A stretch of DNA of 64,000 bases from Bdellovibrionales bacterium. Its GTDB lineage: Bacteria; Bdellovibrionota; Bdellovibrionia; Bdellovibrionales; UBA1609. The translations under genes and the position numbers were made by a program. The notes beneath the pieces were generated by a model that had not been told where the DNA came from, did not search any database, and was given only the letters and a program-made list of their open reading frames with translations. The stretch is from positions 1 to 64,000 of the forward strand of contig JBFWVI010000007.1 of assembly GCA_050246815.1 (NCBI GenBank). Reading direction: 5' to 3'. Each line of letters opens with the position of its first letter. The stretch's first letter is position 1. Below are positions 1 through 9,060 of the stretch, piece by piece.

Positions 1-126
1 TCGATTATGACCTTGGATACTTTGATGAAGGGGGAAAGCGGGTGGAACCCGTCGACGACCCCTTCAAAATAAAAGTGTTACCTATGTCTCCGGAATAATC
101 TGTAACCCATGTCTCCGGAATGGACC
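1..126 (+). mobile_element. Right end of an IS481-family insertion sequence (transposase C-terminus plus terminal repeats)
   Basis: Frame from nt 3 reads DYDLGYFDEGGKRVEPVDDPFKIKVLPMSPE* (stop 96-98), the typical C-terminus of IS481-family transposases. Two copies of TGT(T/A)ACC(T/C)ATGTCTCCGGAAT lie at 76-96 and 101-121, followed by GGACC. Confidence 0.8.
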
Positions 127-188
127 CCAACAGATGCCAAGGCTATACCTAGCCAAATCAAGTTACCGATAAAATGAGCTATGCTCAT
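127..188 (-). pseudogene. 5' fragment of a gene interrupted by the IS
   Basis: AAGGAG RBS (195-200) precedes ATG at 188. MSIAHFIGNLIWLGIALASVG is hydrophobic and runs straight into the IS end. Confidence 0.5.
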
Positions 189-212
189 AGTCTTCTCCTT
201 TAAAGAAAACCG

Positions 213-350
213 AAGTAGCAAGAAAGTAGCAACGAAGTAGCATACTCGAGACATTTCCCGATATTTTCAGAAATATTCTTATCTGACTGTCTATCTCTGT
301 TATGTGATTTCAATTATTTACAATGATTGGATTTTCTACTTTTTCTACTT
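213..350. repeat. att-like arm repeats next to the tRNA 3' end
   Basis: AAGTAGCA(A/T) three times at 11-bp period (213, 224, 235); inverted-sense TTTTCTACTT twice (332, 341); IHF-like TTTCAATTATTTA near 308-320. Confidence 0.5.
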
Positions 351-367
351 ACGACTCGTCCGAGATT

Positions 368-441
368 TGGAGGTGGTGACCGGATTTGAACCGATGTAGA
401 CGGATTTGCAGTCCGCTGCCTAGCCCCTCGGCCACACCACC
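368..441 (-). tRNA. tRNA-Cys (GCA)
   Basis: Reverse complement GGTGGTGTGGCCGAGGGGCTAGGCAGCGGACTGCAAATCCGTCTACATCGGTTCAAATCCGGTCACCACCTCCA: 7-bp acceptor stem, GCA anticodon, GTTCAAATC T-loop, encoded CCA. Confidence 0.96.
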
Positions 442-504
442 TTGAAGTGAACCGCAAGTTTAAGCAAATTTTTCCCTGATGTTCAAGCGCCGAAGCCCGA
501 ACCC

Positions 505-1911
505 TTAGGCAAAAAGGTGCGTCAACTCGTGCAAGGGGTGCAACGTATAGGTCAAAGCCCGCGAAATATGTTCAAAATCAATGGTGACGGAGCCGCTTAA
601 GTCCGCCAGGGTTTGGGCCACCCGCAGCAAAGATTGCTTGCGGCGTTCGGAGCCGGTCAGGTCCACGCCGTCTAAAGCACCCAAAACCAGCCGTGATTCC
701 AGATCGCGGACTGTTAGCTTTCGATTGGGGATCTCTTGGCTGCGAGCTTTTCGATGCAAAACAGCCTGCTGAACCTGGTCATGAATTTGTTTTAAAGAGA
801 TGGTTCTGGGGCCTTGCCATTGATGGCTGAGCGCCACCACTTGAAAGCGATCCAGCATGGGGCCGCTTAAGCGGTCCACAGACGAGCGACAACGGCTAAG
901 TGAACTTGGGCATGAGTCACGTCGCCCGGGCGCTAGATTGCCACAGGGGCAAAGATTGGTGGCCGCCAAAAGTTGAAAGTCGGCTGGGAACAGGGCTGCG
1001 CGAGGCCCCCGGGCCACGCGGATCACCGACCTCTCTAAGGGTTCGCGCAAGGCTTCTTGCACGCGCGGTGAAAATTCCAAGTACTCATCTAAAAATAAAA
1101 TGCCGCCATGGGCCCTGGTCACTTCGCCGGGTTGGGGCGGCGTGCCGCCGCCTAAAATCGCCAAGGCGCCGCTTGAATGGTGCGGAGAAATGCAAGGGCG
1201 CCAGTCCACGGTTTCACCGTAAAGTTGATGGGTGGTCAGCAGGGCCTTTTGCTGTTCGAACGATAAATCTGGCAGAAGCTGGTGCAGACATTCCACAACA
1301 GTGGTTTTGCCACTTCCTGGGGGACCAGCAAAAAGCGCATGGTGTTCACCAGCTGCGACCAAAGCGATGAATTCGGCGGTCTGGAGTGAAAACCATATTT
1401 CTTGCAGGGCGGGACGAGTCCATTTGATTGGCGTTGTGTCACAAATTTTGGTTTTGGGCTGGTGGATTTGAGCCAAATTTTCGATAAAATGTTGATTGGC
1501 ACCTAAGCCGCTGATGATTTTGCGGTCCTGGATCAGTTGTTCGGCGACACTGAGCCAGGTGGGCGCCTGCACTTGACCGTCCAAAGAAATTTCACCGACA
1601 AAGTATGCGTCTTGTGCTTCTGCCACATTTTCGATCTGCCCAGTCGAGCGCAGCAGGGCGACCAAAATGGCCAACTCGGCCTCGCGCCCCACATGGCCGC
1701 TTGGGGTGCGCACATCCACCACCACCTGTCGGGTGCGGGGCCACTTGAAGCCTTGGCGCAGCAGCGCGGATTTGAGTTTAGGGCCAATTTCCCTTAACTC
1801 GCGTGAGACATCGCCAAGCAAATGCAGGCTCGGCAAGCCCGGCATCAAAGTCAGATCGACGGTGACCACATTGATTTTTTGTTGGTGAAAATCCAAAGAG
1901 TAAATTCGCAT
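505..1911 (-). CDS. comM: ComM/YifB-family Mg-chelatase-like AAA+ ATPase
   Basis: GPPGSGKT Walker A, PHHS, PGEVTRAHGGILFLDE, NLCPCG, RLSGPMLDRF. Confidence 0.88.
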   Translation of the reverse strand: MRIYSLDFHQQKINVVTVDLTLMPGLPSLHLLGDVSRELREIGPKLKSALLRQGFKWPRTRQVVVDVRTPSGHVGREAELAILVALLRSTGQIENVAEAQDAYFVGEISLDGQVQAPTWLSVAEQLIQDRKIISGLGANQHFIENLAQIHQPKTKICDTTPIKWTRPALQEIWFSLQTAEFIALVAAGEHHALFAGPPGSGKTTVVECLHQLLPDLSFEQQKALLTTHQLYGETVDWRPCISPHHSSGALAILGGGTPPQPGEVTRAHGGILFLDEYLEFSPRVQEALREPLERSVIRVARGPRAALFPADFQLLAATNLCPCGNLAPGRRDSCPSSLSRCRSSVDRLSGPMLDRFQVVALSHQWQGPRTISLKQIHDQVQQAVLHRKARSQEIPNRKLTVRDLESRLVLGALDGVDLTGSERRKQSLLRVAQTLADLSGSVTIDFEHISRALTYTLHPLHELTHLFA

Positions 1912-1965
1912 GGGCTAAGGACCATGCAAACTTGACGCTAAAAATATCGGTGCAAAAGCTTGTCT

Positions 1966-2670
1966 CTAGTGAGCTTCTAGTCGAACATCGGATGCCGTTC
2001 GGACATCCGGCGGTGCGCTGAGCTCTTGCTGCAGCTGCATAAGTTCAGCCTTGAAGTCGTCTTCCTCTTGAAGGCGTTCACAGATGTCATTCGCCAAATC
2101 TTGGCCCGCTTTCACATCGCTTGGAAAGTGCACGCCCGCCCACAGGCGCAGTTCGCCGACCCGCTGCCCTTGCTCCAAGATCACGTCGGCCCTGTGTGGC
2201 AGAACAATCGCCAGCAGACAAGCGGCCAGCTGGCCTAGGGCCGCATGGGAGCTGGGATAAGATTTATTGGCTTTGGGAGGCTGAATGCACGGTTGCACGC
2301 GTGGGTCATAGTTGTACGGACGCAGTCGCAAGTGTTGATCTTTGAAATGAGTGGAGACCCGCTCGCCAAAATGCAGGGCTTCTTCGATCAAAGGTTTGAC
2401 CTTATTGAATTGTCTTTTGCTTAAAAAGCGTCGTCGATCGAAAAAACTTGTGTAGGAGGGTATCCTTTGCGACCTAGCTTCATTGCAAGTGTCTTGATCC
2501 CGCATCTCCTGACGTTCTAAGAGGCTGGCGATTTCTGCGTCCCAGGTTTCTTGTGGCGGCGGGCTTGGAAGTGCGAACTCTTCTGCTTCGATTTTATGCC
2601 AATCAGCAAAGCCAACCGAAGCCGGCGCCCAAAGTGTCCAGACCAAAGCGATCACAACGCTAAATTTCAT
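1966..2670 (-). CDS. Secreted PAP2 / class A acid phosphatase
   Basis: Signal peptide MKFSVVIALV...; PAP2 motifs K-x6-RP, SYPSSH, RLWAGVHFPSDV. Confidence 0.88.
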   Translation of the reverse strand: MKFSVVIALVWTLWAPASVGFADWHKIEAEEFALPSPPPQETWDAEIASLLERQEMRDQDTCNEARSQRIPSYTSFFDRRRFLSKRQFNKVKPLIEEALHFGERVSTHFKDQHLRLRPYNYDPRVQPCIQPPKANKSYPSSHAALGQLAACLLAIVLPHRADVILEQGQRVGELRLWAGVHFPSDVKAGQDLANDICERLQEEDDFKAELMQLQQELSAPPDVRTASDVRLEAH

Positions 2671-2722
2671 AATTTGCCCCTCTTTGGAGAGCTGCTTAGC
2701 ACTGGCCTTTGTCTCTCGCAAA

Positions 2723-3580
2723 TCAAGAATGGGTGTTTGTGATTAAATTCAAAAGTGCTTTGACGACCGGGCGAGTGCGTCGTTCTGGCCTATAAATTAA
2801 ACAAAGTTCGTCACGAAAGGTGGGAAACTCTTTAAGAGGCCTTAAACCCTTACGTCCCAGGGCCATGGCCACTCGATGCGGCAGGATACCGATGCCCGCG
2901 CCGGCCAGGGTGAGACTGGCCACAACCTCTAGTTGTGAGGTCGCCAAAAGAGGGCGAAAGCGCAAGCGTTTGCCACCCACCCGACGAAGGAGTGTCTGCA
3001 CTTGCAGCAGGTCTGGATCTGCAATCAAGGGATGCTGATCAATAGATTTGAATTGAAAGTCTTTCGCCACCCAGAATCCGACTTCGTCATGCAAGAGCGA
3101 ACGAATCACCAAGTCGGGGTGGCGCAAAGGATTGATCACTAAGCCCACATCCAGTTCACGTTCAATCACCGCCGTGGTCAAATGGCGCGACAAATCGTGG
3201 CGCAGTTGCAGCTCCACCGCCGGATATTGTTTTTGCAGCTGCAGCACCAACGCAGGCAGGGTGTAGGTTGCAACGGCGGGGTGGCAGCCTAAACTGACTC
3301 GTCCCGAAATCTGATGTTGTTGATCATGCACTTGATCCTTCAGCTGTTGCCATGAGTCCTTCATGGCACGCACTCCCAGCAGCACGTTTTGGCCGGCGGG
3401 AGTGAGCTTGACGCCACGCTGGCTGCGCTCAAACAGCACCACGCCCATGTCGCGCTCAAGGCGCTGCACGGCCAAAGTCAACGAGGGTTGCGCGATACCC
3501 AGGCGCACCGAGGCTGCGGTCAAACTGCCGGCCTCGGTGATGGTCAAAAAATACTCCAGATCTGAACCCTGCGGAAGCAT
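2723..3580 (-). CDS. LysR-family transcriptional regulator
   Basis: GSLTAASVRLGIAQPSLT...LFERSQRGVKLTPAG HTH followed by a substrate-binding domain. Confidence 0.95.
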   Translation of the reverse strand: MLPQGSDLEYFLTITEAGSLTAASVRLGIAQPSLTLAVQRLERDMGVVLFERSQRGVKLTPAGQNVLLGVRAMKDSWQQLKDQVHDQQHQISGRVSLGCHPAVATYTLPALVLQLQKQYPAVELQLRHDLSRHLTTAVIERELDVGLVINPLRHPDLVIRSLLHDEVGFWVAKDFQFKSIDQHPLIADPDLLQVQTLLRRVGGKRLRFRPLLATSQLEVVASLTLAGAGIGILPHRVAMALGRKGLRPLKEFPTFRDELCLIYRPERRTRPVVKALLNLITNTHS

Positions 3581-3624
3581 AGTTTTATCCTATGAAAAAT
3601 ATATTAAACATATATTTTATCTAT
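3579..3624. promoter_or_regulatory. LysR T-N11-A boxes between divergent lysR and dioxygenase genes
   Basis: ATAG-N7-CTAT at 3579-3593 overlaps the lysR start; a degenerate copy ATAT-N7-CTAT lies at about 3610-3624. Confidence 0.65.
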
Positions 3625-3685
3625 TGTCGAGGGTCAGGCAGATTCTGCTGATCGGCTCTCGTAATATTAACCAGGGGGAATAAAA

Positions 3686-4345
3686 ATGAAGATGGAGCGA
3701 AGGCAACTTTTAAAAAACAGCTTATGGATCGGCGGATTAGGGCTATTGGCGCCGGTTGCGAAAGCGGGCGTTTGTGGTGTCACACCGGCACAGACCGCGG
3801 GTCCGTTTTATCCTGGTGAGGCCCAATTCACCGCAGCCAACGATTTGACTGAAATACCCGGCAAAGCCACCAGAGCCAAGGGCTTGATTGTTCACCTGCA
3901 CGGCCAGGTTGTGGACGGGCAGTGCCAACCGATTGAAGGAGCTAATGTGGAGATTTGGCAGGCCTGCGCCACGGGACGCTACAACAATCCACGCGATCCC
4001 AATCCTGCCGAGCTTGACCCCAATTTCCGTTACTGGGGCGAGGCCTACACCGACGCTGAAGGGAAATACTACTTTAAAACAATCAAGCCTGGCGCTTACC
4101 CGGCCAGCGAGGGCTGGGACCGTCCACCTCATATTCATGTGAAGGTGAGTCGTTTGGGCTATCGCGATTTGGTGACACAACTGTACTTTGCTGATGAGCC
4201 TTTAAATGACAAGGATTTCATTCTGCAAGACACGCCAGCGGGTCAGCGCGAGCAACTGATTGTTGATTTTAAACCCGCTCAAAGCCCGCACAGCGAAGGC
4301 GTTATGGGCGAGTTTATCATCACGATGCAACCTGTTCGTCGTTAG
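3686..4345 (+). CDS. Intradiol ring-cleavage dioxygenase (protocatechuate 3,4-dioxygenase-like) with Tat-like signal
   Basis: TPAQTAGPFYP, VEIWQAC..GRY, TIKPGAY, RPPHIH, TQLYF; N-terminal ERRQLLK...AKA. Confidence 0.88.
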   Translation: MKMERRQLLKNSLWIGGLGLLAPVAKAGVCGVTPAQTAGPFYPGEAQFTAANDLTEIPGKATRAKGLIVHLHGQVVDGQCQPIEGANVEIWQACATGRYNNPRDPNPAELDPNFRYWGEAYTDAEGKYYFKTIKPGAYPASEGWDRPPHIHVKVSRLGYRDLVTQLYFADEPLNDKDFILQDTPAGQREQLIVDFKPAQSPHSEGVMGEFIITMQPVRR

Positions 4346-4396
4346 TTGTCGGGGTTGGAGGGGCTTTTCACGCCAAAAAGCGGCGAAGCCCCCCTT

Positions 4397-4906
4397 TTAC
4401 TTCCCCACCACGGCCAGTTTCATATCGGCGTAGCCCGCGAGCATCGAGGTGTAAAGCACCTTCTGCAAGAGCGCGTAGGGCAAGTCGCGATCAGCCTGCA
4501 TTAAGATTTTGCCGTCGAACTCCACGGTTTCGTTGACCGAGGCAATATCACGGGTTTTTTTAGCTTGAATGTCCAGCTCTTCGTAAAGCTTACGAATGAA
4601 TTGCGCATCGGTTTTGTCGGAGTCCTCGGCTTTTATCTCACCGTTGTTCAAGTCGATGATCTTGCGGTCTTCAATGAAAATGGCGTTTTTTGAAACCACA
4701 AGTTTCACCACATCCACCGGATCGGTCGAAACGCTGGACTCAGGCAAATTCAAATCGCCATTGGGGGTGATTTGCACCGGGCTGGTCGAAAAACTTTTCA
4801 GCAAGAACACCAAAAGGATCACGAACATATCCACCATCGACGTGATTTGAATCTTAAACGTCGATGAGCGCGAATCCATGTAGCGGCCAAGACCTCGACG
4901 GCGCAT
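4397..4906 (-). CDS. ExbD/TolR-family protein, AglS-like
   Basis: ITSMVDMFVILLVFLLKSFS TM with conserved Asp; QADRDLPY..L.KVLYT...AGY. Confidence 0.88.
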   Translation of the reverse strand: MRRRGLGRYMDSRSSTFKIQITSMVDMFVILLVFLLKSFSTSPVQITPNGDLNLPESSVSTDPVDVVKLVVSKNAIFIEDRKIIDLNNGEIKAEDSDKTDAQFIRKLYEELDIQAKKTRDIASVNETVEFDGKILMQADRDLPYALLQKVLYTSMLAGYADMKLAVVGK

Positions 4907-4907
4907 A

Positions 4908-5450
4908 TTATTCTCCCACCACGTTGCTAAAGGTGACGTTGGGGAACATCAGGTCGGTTTCCACCTTTTGTCCCGTGGTTTTGTCGACAAAGGCCACTTT
5001 GCGATCGGGCTGTGTTTGCCTGCGAACCGCATCCATCGAGCGGACCAGATCGTTAAAGGGCACGTCGCCTTGTGGTGCCAAACCCAGGCGGAACACTTGT
5101 GGGAAGCGGCTTTTCACCTCGGACGCTTTGGCGTGCAGGCCCTCGAAATCCAATTTTCCATCTTTCAAAGGGACCGAAACCGTGTTGGTTGAGCCCTTTT
5201 GGTTGATTTCGAGAGTAAAACCGGTTTTGGCGGCCACTTTTAAGTTCAAAGTCACTTCGGGATCGGGATCTTGTTTTTCTCGTTCCATGACCTGTTCCAC
5301 CACTTGCGGAACTGGGGTTTCAATCATTTTGATTTCAACGAAAACTACGCTTAACAACAAAAGCGGCACCACCGACACAATAATGTCCAAAAACGGAGCC
5401 AGGTTGATCTCGAAGGTCGAATCCGACATTCTTGTTTTGGCGACGCGCAT
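4908..5450 (-). CDS. ExbD/TolR-family protein, AglQ-like
   Basis: INLAPFLDII TM with Asp; VPFNDLVRSMDAVR; C-terminal MFPNV. Confidence 0.85.
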   Translation of the reverse strand: MRVAKTRMSDSTFEINLAPFLDIIVSVVPLLLLSVVFVEIKMIETPVPQVVEQVMEREKQDPDPEVTLNLKVAAKTGFTLEINQKGSTNTVSVPLKDGKLDFEGLHAKASEVKSRFPQVFRLGLAPQGDVPFNDLVRSMDAVRRQTQPDRKVAFVDKTTGQKVETDLMFPNVTFSNVVGE

Positions 5451-5490
5451 ACGTTTTAAGTCCTTCCTGCGTTTTTCAGCCCGACTCTAC

Positions 5491-6222
5491 TTAAGAAGCC
5501 TTGGTGCTCGAAGTTGCGGTTTTCTTGGTCGGAGACGGCGGAGCCAGGCTTTCCGTTTTCAAAGTGCCGGGATAAACCGTGGCTGCGCGAAAGGGCATGT
5601 AGCTTCGCGATTTCAGGGCTTCCATCACGCGTTGAGAGTGGCGGTCGATTTCAGAAAACAGGCTTGACTGCTTGGCGTGCAAGAAACTGTATAAAAACAT
5701 AGTCGGAATGGCGACTAACAGACCGCCTGCGGTTGCGGTCATGGCCATCGAGATCCCTTGAGCCAACAAGGTTTGTTTTTGCGAAACATCGGCGTAACTG
5801 ACCGCGCGAAAGGCCACAATCAGACCGATCACCGTACCGAACAATCCCACCATCGTGACGACGTTGGCGACCATCGGCAAGTGACCCAGGCGCTTGGTCA
5901 GCGCGGGGGCGACCTCAGAGGCGGCGATATCCAGCGATTGTTCGATGGCCGAATCGTCACGATCTGATTTTTCAAGAACGCGCTTAACCACGTGGGCCAG
6001 TGGCTTTTTCTCGTTGGCCGCGCAAAAAGTGATCGCCTCTTCGATTTTGTCCTGCTCAATTAAGCTTAGGACTTGCTTCATAAAAGGGTCGGCAGGCATT
6101 GGCAGATCCATATACAAAGCCTTAAAGCGATCATAGAGCAAACCCAAACTCAGCATGCCGATCGCGGCGATTACGAAGTCGACTATTTTGTAGTCGACTA
6201 AAAAACCCATCACGCTGTCCAT
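5491..6222 (-). CDS. MotA/TolQ/ExbB proton-channel protein, AglR-like
   Basis: ANVVTMVGLFGTVIGLIVAF...LAQGISMAMTATAGGLLVAIP. Confidence 0.92.
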   Translation of the reverse strand: MDSVMGFLVDYKIVDFVIAAIGMLSLGLLYDRFKALYMDLPMPADPFMKQVLSLIEQDKIEEAITFCAANEKKPLAHVVKRVLEKSDRDDSAIEQSLDIAASEVAPALTKRLGHLPMVANVVTMVGLFGTVIGLIVAFRAVSYADVSQKQTLLAQGISMAMTATAGGLLVAIPTMFLYSFLHAKQSSLFSEIDRHSQRVMEALKSRSYMPFRAATVYPGTLKTESLAPPSPTKKTATSSTKAS

Positions 6223-6261
6223 CCTGACCCTCCCATTCGAGACCTATTGGTAGACATAGGC

Positions 6262-6289
6262 AAATCGGCCAGCCCGACGAAGAACTTGA
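6262..6289 (-). promoter_or_regulatory. sigma28 (FliA)-like promoter of the tolQ/tolR/tolR operon
   Basis: Minus strand TCAAG-N15-GCCGATTT, about 40 nt upstream of the ATG. Confidence 0.5.
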
Positions 6290-6704
6290 TGAGGATTTAC
6301 CGGGCCGAAAATGTCACTCTGGCAAAGAATAGAAGGGGTTTAAATCCATAGATTTTGTCGAGTATTTAGGCACAGTACGAATCTTAAGCGAAAACGATCA
6401 CGAGGTAGACGTCACACAAAGAGACAATTTGCTTATAAAAAGCAAATGGCTATGAAAAGACCGATCAGTCTGAATCATCGGCGGTACTTTCAGGCCCAAT
6501 TTTGTAAAAACGACGAATTAATGCGCTAGGCGTCAAAAAATAAATTCTCAAAATAAGACAATATAATTATGTGTTTACAGGCCTTACTAAAGTCTAGGTT
6601 CCAAAGTGGAACCGATTTGGTTGCAAAAAAATTTCACGCGTAATTGAATAATTTCCTAACGAAGGTCGAGGTAACGACCTCATGGATCGAGGGGGAGGAA
6701 TTCA

Positions 6705-8360
6705 ATGAGCATGAAGTCAACGGCATTTAGGGGTTTAGTTTTAGCCGCCTTGCTGAGTTCAGTCAGCGGATGGGCCGAGGCCACTCGCTACATCGTGACG
6801 TTTAAAAATTCGGATCGTTATCAGGCCGCCAGCGTGAACTGGCAGAAATCGCAAAAGCTTGCGGAGATGGGGCTAGCCCCAGCAACTGGTGAAATGAAGC
6901 TGTTGAACACTTCAGCCACCGTGCTTGCCGCCTTGGACAATGTTGAAATGATGATCATCGAAACCAGCAATCCGCTGGTCGTTGAGCAGCTACGCCGCAA
7001 TCCTTCCGTGGCGGATGTGGAAGCTGAAGTTTTCTTTCCAGCACCCAAGGCAGTGAAAGCCAATCCGCGCTTGAAGCCGTCGGAAGGTTGCAACCTTGAA
7101 ACCCCATGGGGCATCAAAGCCGTCAAAGCGGACAAAGCCTGGGCTGTAACCAAAGGTTCCGGCGCCCGCATTATGGTTTTGGACACGGGCGTTGATAAAA
7201 GTCATCCGGCCCTGCAAAGCCGCGTGCTCGGAACGCGCGACTTCACTTCGACAGGTGAAACCGACACCATCGGGCACGGTACTCACGTTGCCGGCACTAT
7301 CGCGGCAGACGGCACCTGCTTGGTGGGTGTGGCTCCTGAAGCCAAAGTTTATATGGGCAAAGTGTGCTCGGCCAACGGCTGCGGTTCTGCTGCGATCATT
7401 GCCGGCATCGACTGGGGTGTGAGCGAAAAAGCCAGCGCTATTTCAATGAGCTTGGGTGGTCCCTTGGCGACTCCGTCACAACAGCGTGCGGTGGAGCGTG
7501 CTGAAGCCGCCGGCGTCGTGGTTGTCGCGGCAAGTGGTAACGACGGCGTTCGTCGCATCTCTTACCCAGCGGCTTATCCGAATGTGATCGCGGTTGGTGC
7601 CGTCGGTCTAAACAACGGCGAAATGAAACGTGCCGAATTTTCTCAGTACGGCCCTGGTTTGGACATCGTCGCCCCGGGTGTAGATGTGGTTTCGTCTGTT
7701 CCGCAGGGGGCTGGTCGCGTGTCAAATGTGACGGTTGATGTGGGTGATGGCAAATCGGCTCGCGTGAAAAGCGCTTCTTTTGGTGGTGCACCGCAAATCG
7801 AAGATCCCGTTTCGGGCCAGTTGGTTTTTGCGGGCTTGGGTAAGCCTGATGAAATTTCCAAGGTCAATCTGCGCGGCAAGTTCGCCCTGATCATGCGTGG
7901 TGAAATCGCGTTTAAAGACAAAGTGGTGAATGCCTTCAAGGCCGGCGCCACCGGCGTGATCATCTACAACAATGCAGAAGGTCTAGCTCGCGGCACCGTG
8001 GGCGAAGAAGGTTCGGTCACGATCCCTGTTGCTATGATCGAAAAAACCGTGGGCGAACAAATCAAAGCCAATTTGGCAAGTGGCCGCAGCGCCACGGCTT
8101 CGGTTGTCACTGAGGCTTCGGACTATGACTCTTACGATGGTACTTCGATGGCAACTCCGCATGTGGCCGGTGTAATCGCTTTGATCCGCTCGGCCAATCC
8201 TCGCCTAACCCCGGCTCAAGTTCGTGATGTTCTGTCGCGCACAGCGAATCAATTGGGTGCAGTTGATGAGTATGGTGCGGGCGTAGTCAACGCAGAAGCA
8301 GCTGTAGGCCAAGCCCGCCGCGCGGTGAAGGCCGACTTGGCAACCGACGCCAGCTTGTAA
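6705..8360 (+). CDS. Secreted S8 subtilisin-like serine protease with propeptide and PA domain
   Basis: Signal peptide; catalytic motifs VLDTG, HGTHVAG, GTSMATPHVAG; PA insert FALIMRGEIAFKDKV. Confidence 0.96.
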   Translation: MSMKSTAFRGLVLAALLSSVSGWAEATRYIVTFKNSDRYQAASVNWQKSQKLAEMGLAPATGEMKLLNTSATVLAALDNVEMMIIETSNPLVVEQLRRNPSVADVEAEVFFPAPKAVKANPRLKPSEGCNLETPWGIKAVKADKAWAVTKGSGARIMVLDTGVDKSHPALQSRVLGTRDFTSTGETDTIGHGTHVAGTIAADGTCLVGVAPEAKVYMGKVCSANGCGSAAIIAGIDWGVSEKASAISMSLGGPLATPSQQRAVERAEAAGVVVVAASGNDGVRRISYPAAYPNVIAVGAVGLNNGEMKRAEFSQYGPGLDIVAPGVDVVSSVPQGAGRVSNVTVDVGDGKSARVKSASFGGAPQIEDPVSGQLVFAGLGKPDEISKVNLRGKFALIMRGEIAFKDKVVNAFKAGATGVIIYNNAEGLARGTVGEEGSVTIPVAMIEKTVGEQIKANLASGRSATASVVTEASDYDSYDGTSMATPHVAGVIALIRSANPRLTPAQVRDVLSRTANQLGAVDEYGAGVVNAEAAVGQARRAVKADLATDASL

Positions 8361-8387
8361 ACTAAGCGGACAATAAAATCTTGAATT

Positions 8388-9029
8388 TCAAAGAGGCTGG
8401 GTAACCGGCCTCTTTTGTTTTAAGAGCCAGGACCAAGTCAGCGGGTACACGGCCTGTTGCCCCTGCCAAAGGCGAATCAGATTTCGTAAGGTTAAAATCA
8501 GGCTGACCAGCCAAAGGCAAAGACCAACGCTTCCGGCAATCAAAATTCGCAACACCCAGTTCGCTGAGTGGGGCAAGGTCAGCAAATCGATCTGCTCTTG
8601 TCGCAGGTCTTTTTGCAGTCGATCCAAATGTTCCCAAGATTTTGGGTGGCGCTTGTTGTTTTGTAGGGGCTCGGTCGGCGTGCTTGGCTCTTGGGGTTCG
8701 CCAGGAATATTGATGTCACCCTCGGGTTCAGGATCTGAGGGGGGGAACCATTCTTGTGGGATCTGATTTTCGGCGGCATTCTTAACTTGGCCAGCGCTGA
8801 AAATGACCGAAGCCATGGCCAAAGCCATCAACCCTCCACGCATCAGCAACCAAGAGGTTTGAAAAGCCCAATTTTGCCTCAATTTTTGTTGGATTTCAGG
8901 CGAGCGGCGCTGCCCCCATTTCATTCCCAACCAAGCGCCTAAAACTTCACCAGCGGGTAAAAAACAAAAAAGCAATACCAAAACATGCTGAATCGCTAGA
9001 CTTGAGTTTTCTTTTTTCTCGCTACGCAT
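8388..9029 (-). CDS. Membrane protein, DUF4870-like, with Pro/Glu-rich loop
   Basis: Three hydrophobic segments; C-terminal NLIRLWQGQQAVYP; long PEPEG/PQEP insert. Confidence 0.6.
   Translation of the reverse strand: MRSEKKENSSLAIQHVLVLLFCFLPAGEVLGAWLGMKWGQRRSPEIQQKLRQNWAFQTSWLLMRGGLMALAMASVIFSAGQVKNAAENQIPQEWFPPSDPEPEGDINIPGEPQEPSTPTEPLQNNKRHPKSWEHLDRLQKDLRQEQIDLLTLPHSANWVLRILIAGSVGLCLWLVSLILTLRNLIRLWQGQQAVYPLTWSWLLKQKRPVTQPL
8390..8416. terminator. Intrinsic (probably bidirectional) terminator
   Basis: AAAGAGGCTGG-GTAA-CCGGCCTCTTTT between convergent genes. Confidence 0.75.
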
Positions 9030-9060
9030 AGGCTCTAGGGTTTAGATTAAGAGGCTCGTT

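Noticed and set aside
76..121. Two 21-bp direct repeats as a possible CRISPR array
   Set aside because: Only two copies 4 bp apart, overlapping a transposase stop; typical IS481 end structure.
4864..5667. 267-aa plus-strand ORF
   Set aside because: Antisense shadow of the exbD/tolQ-like genes with no protein motifs.
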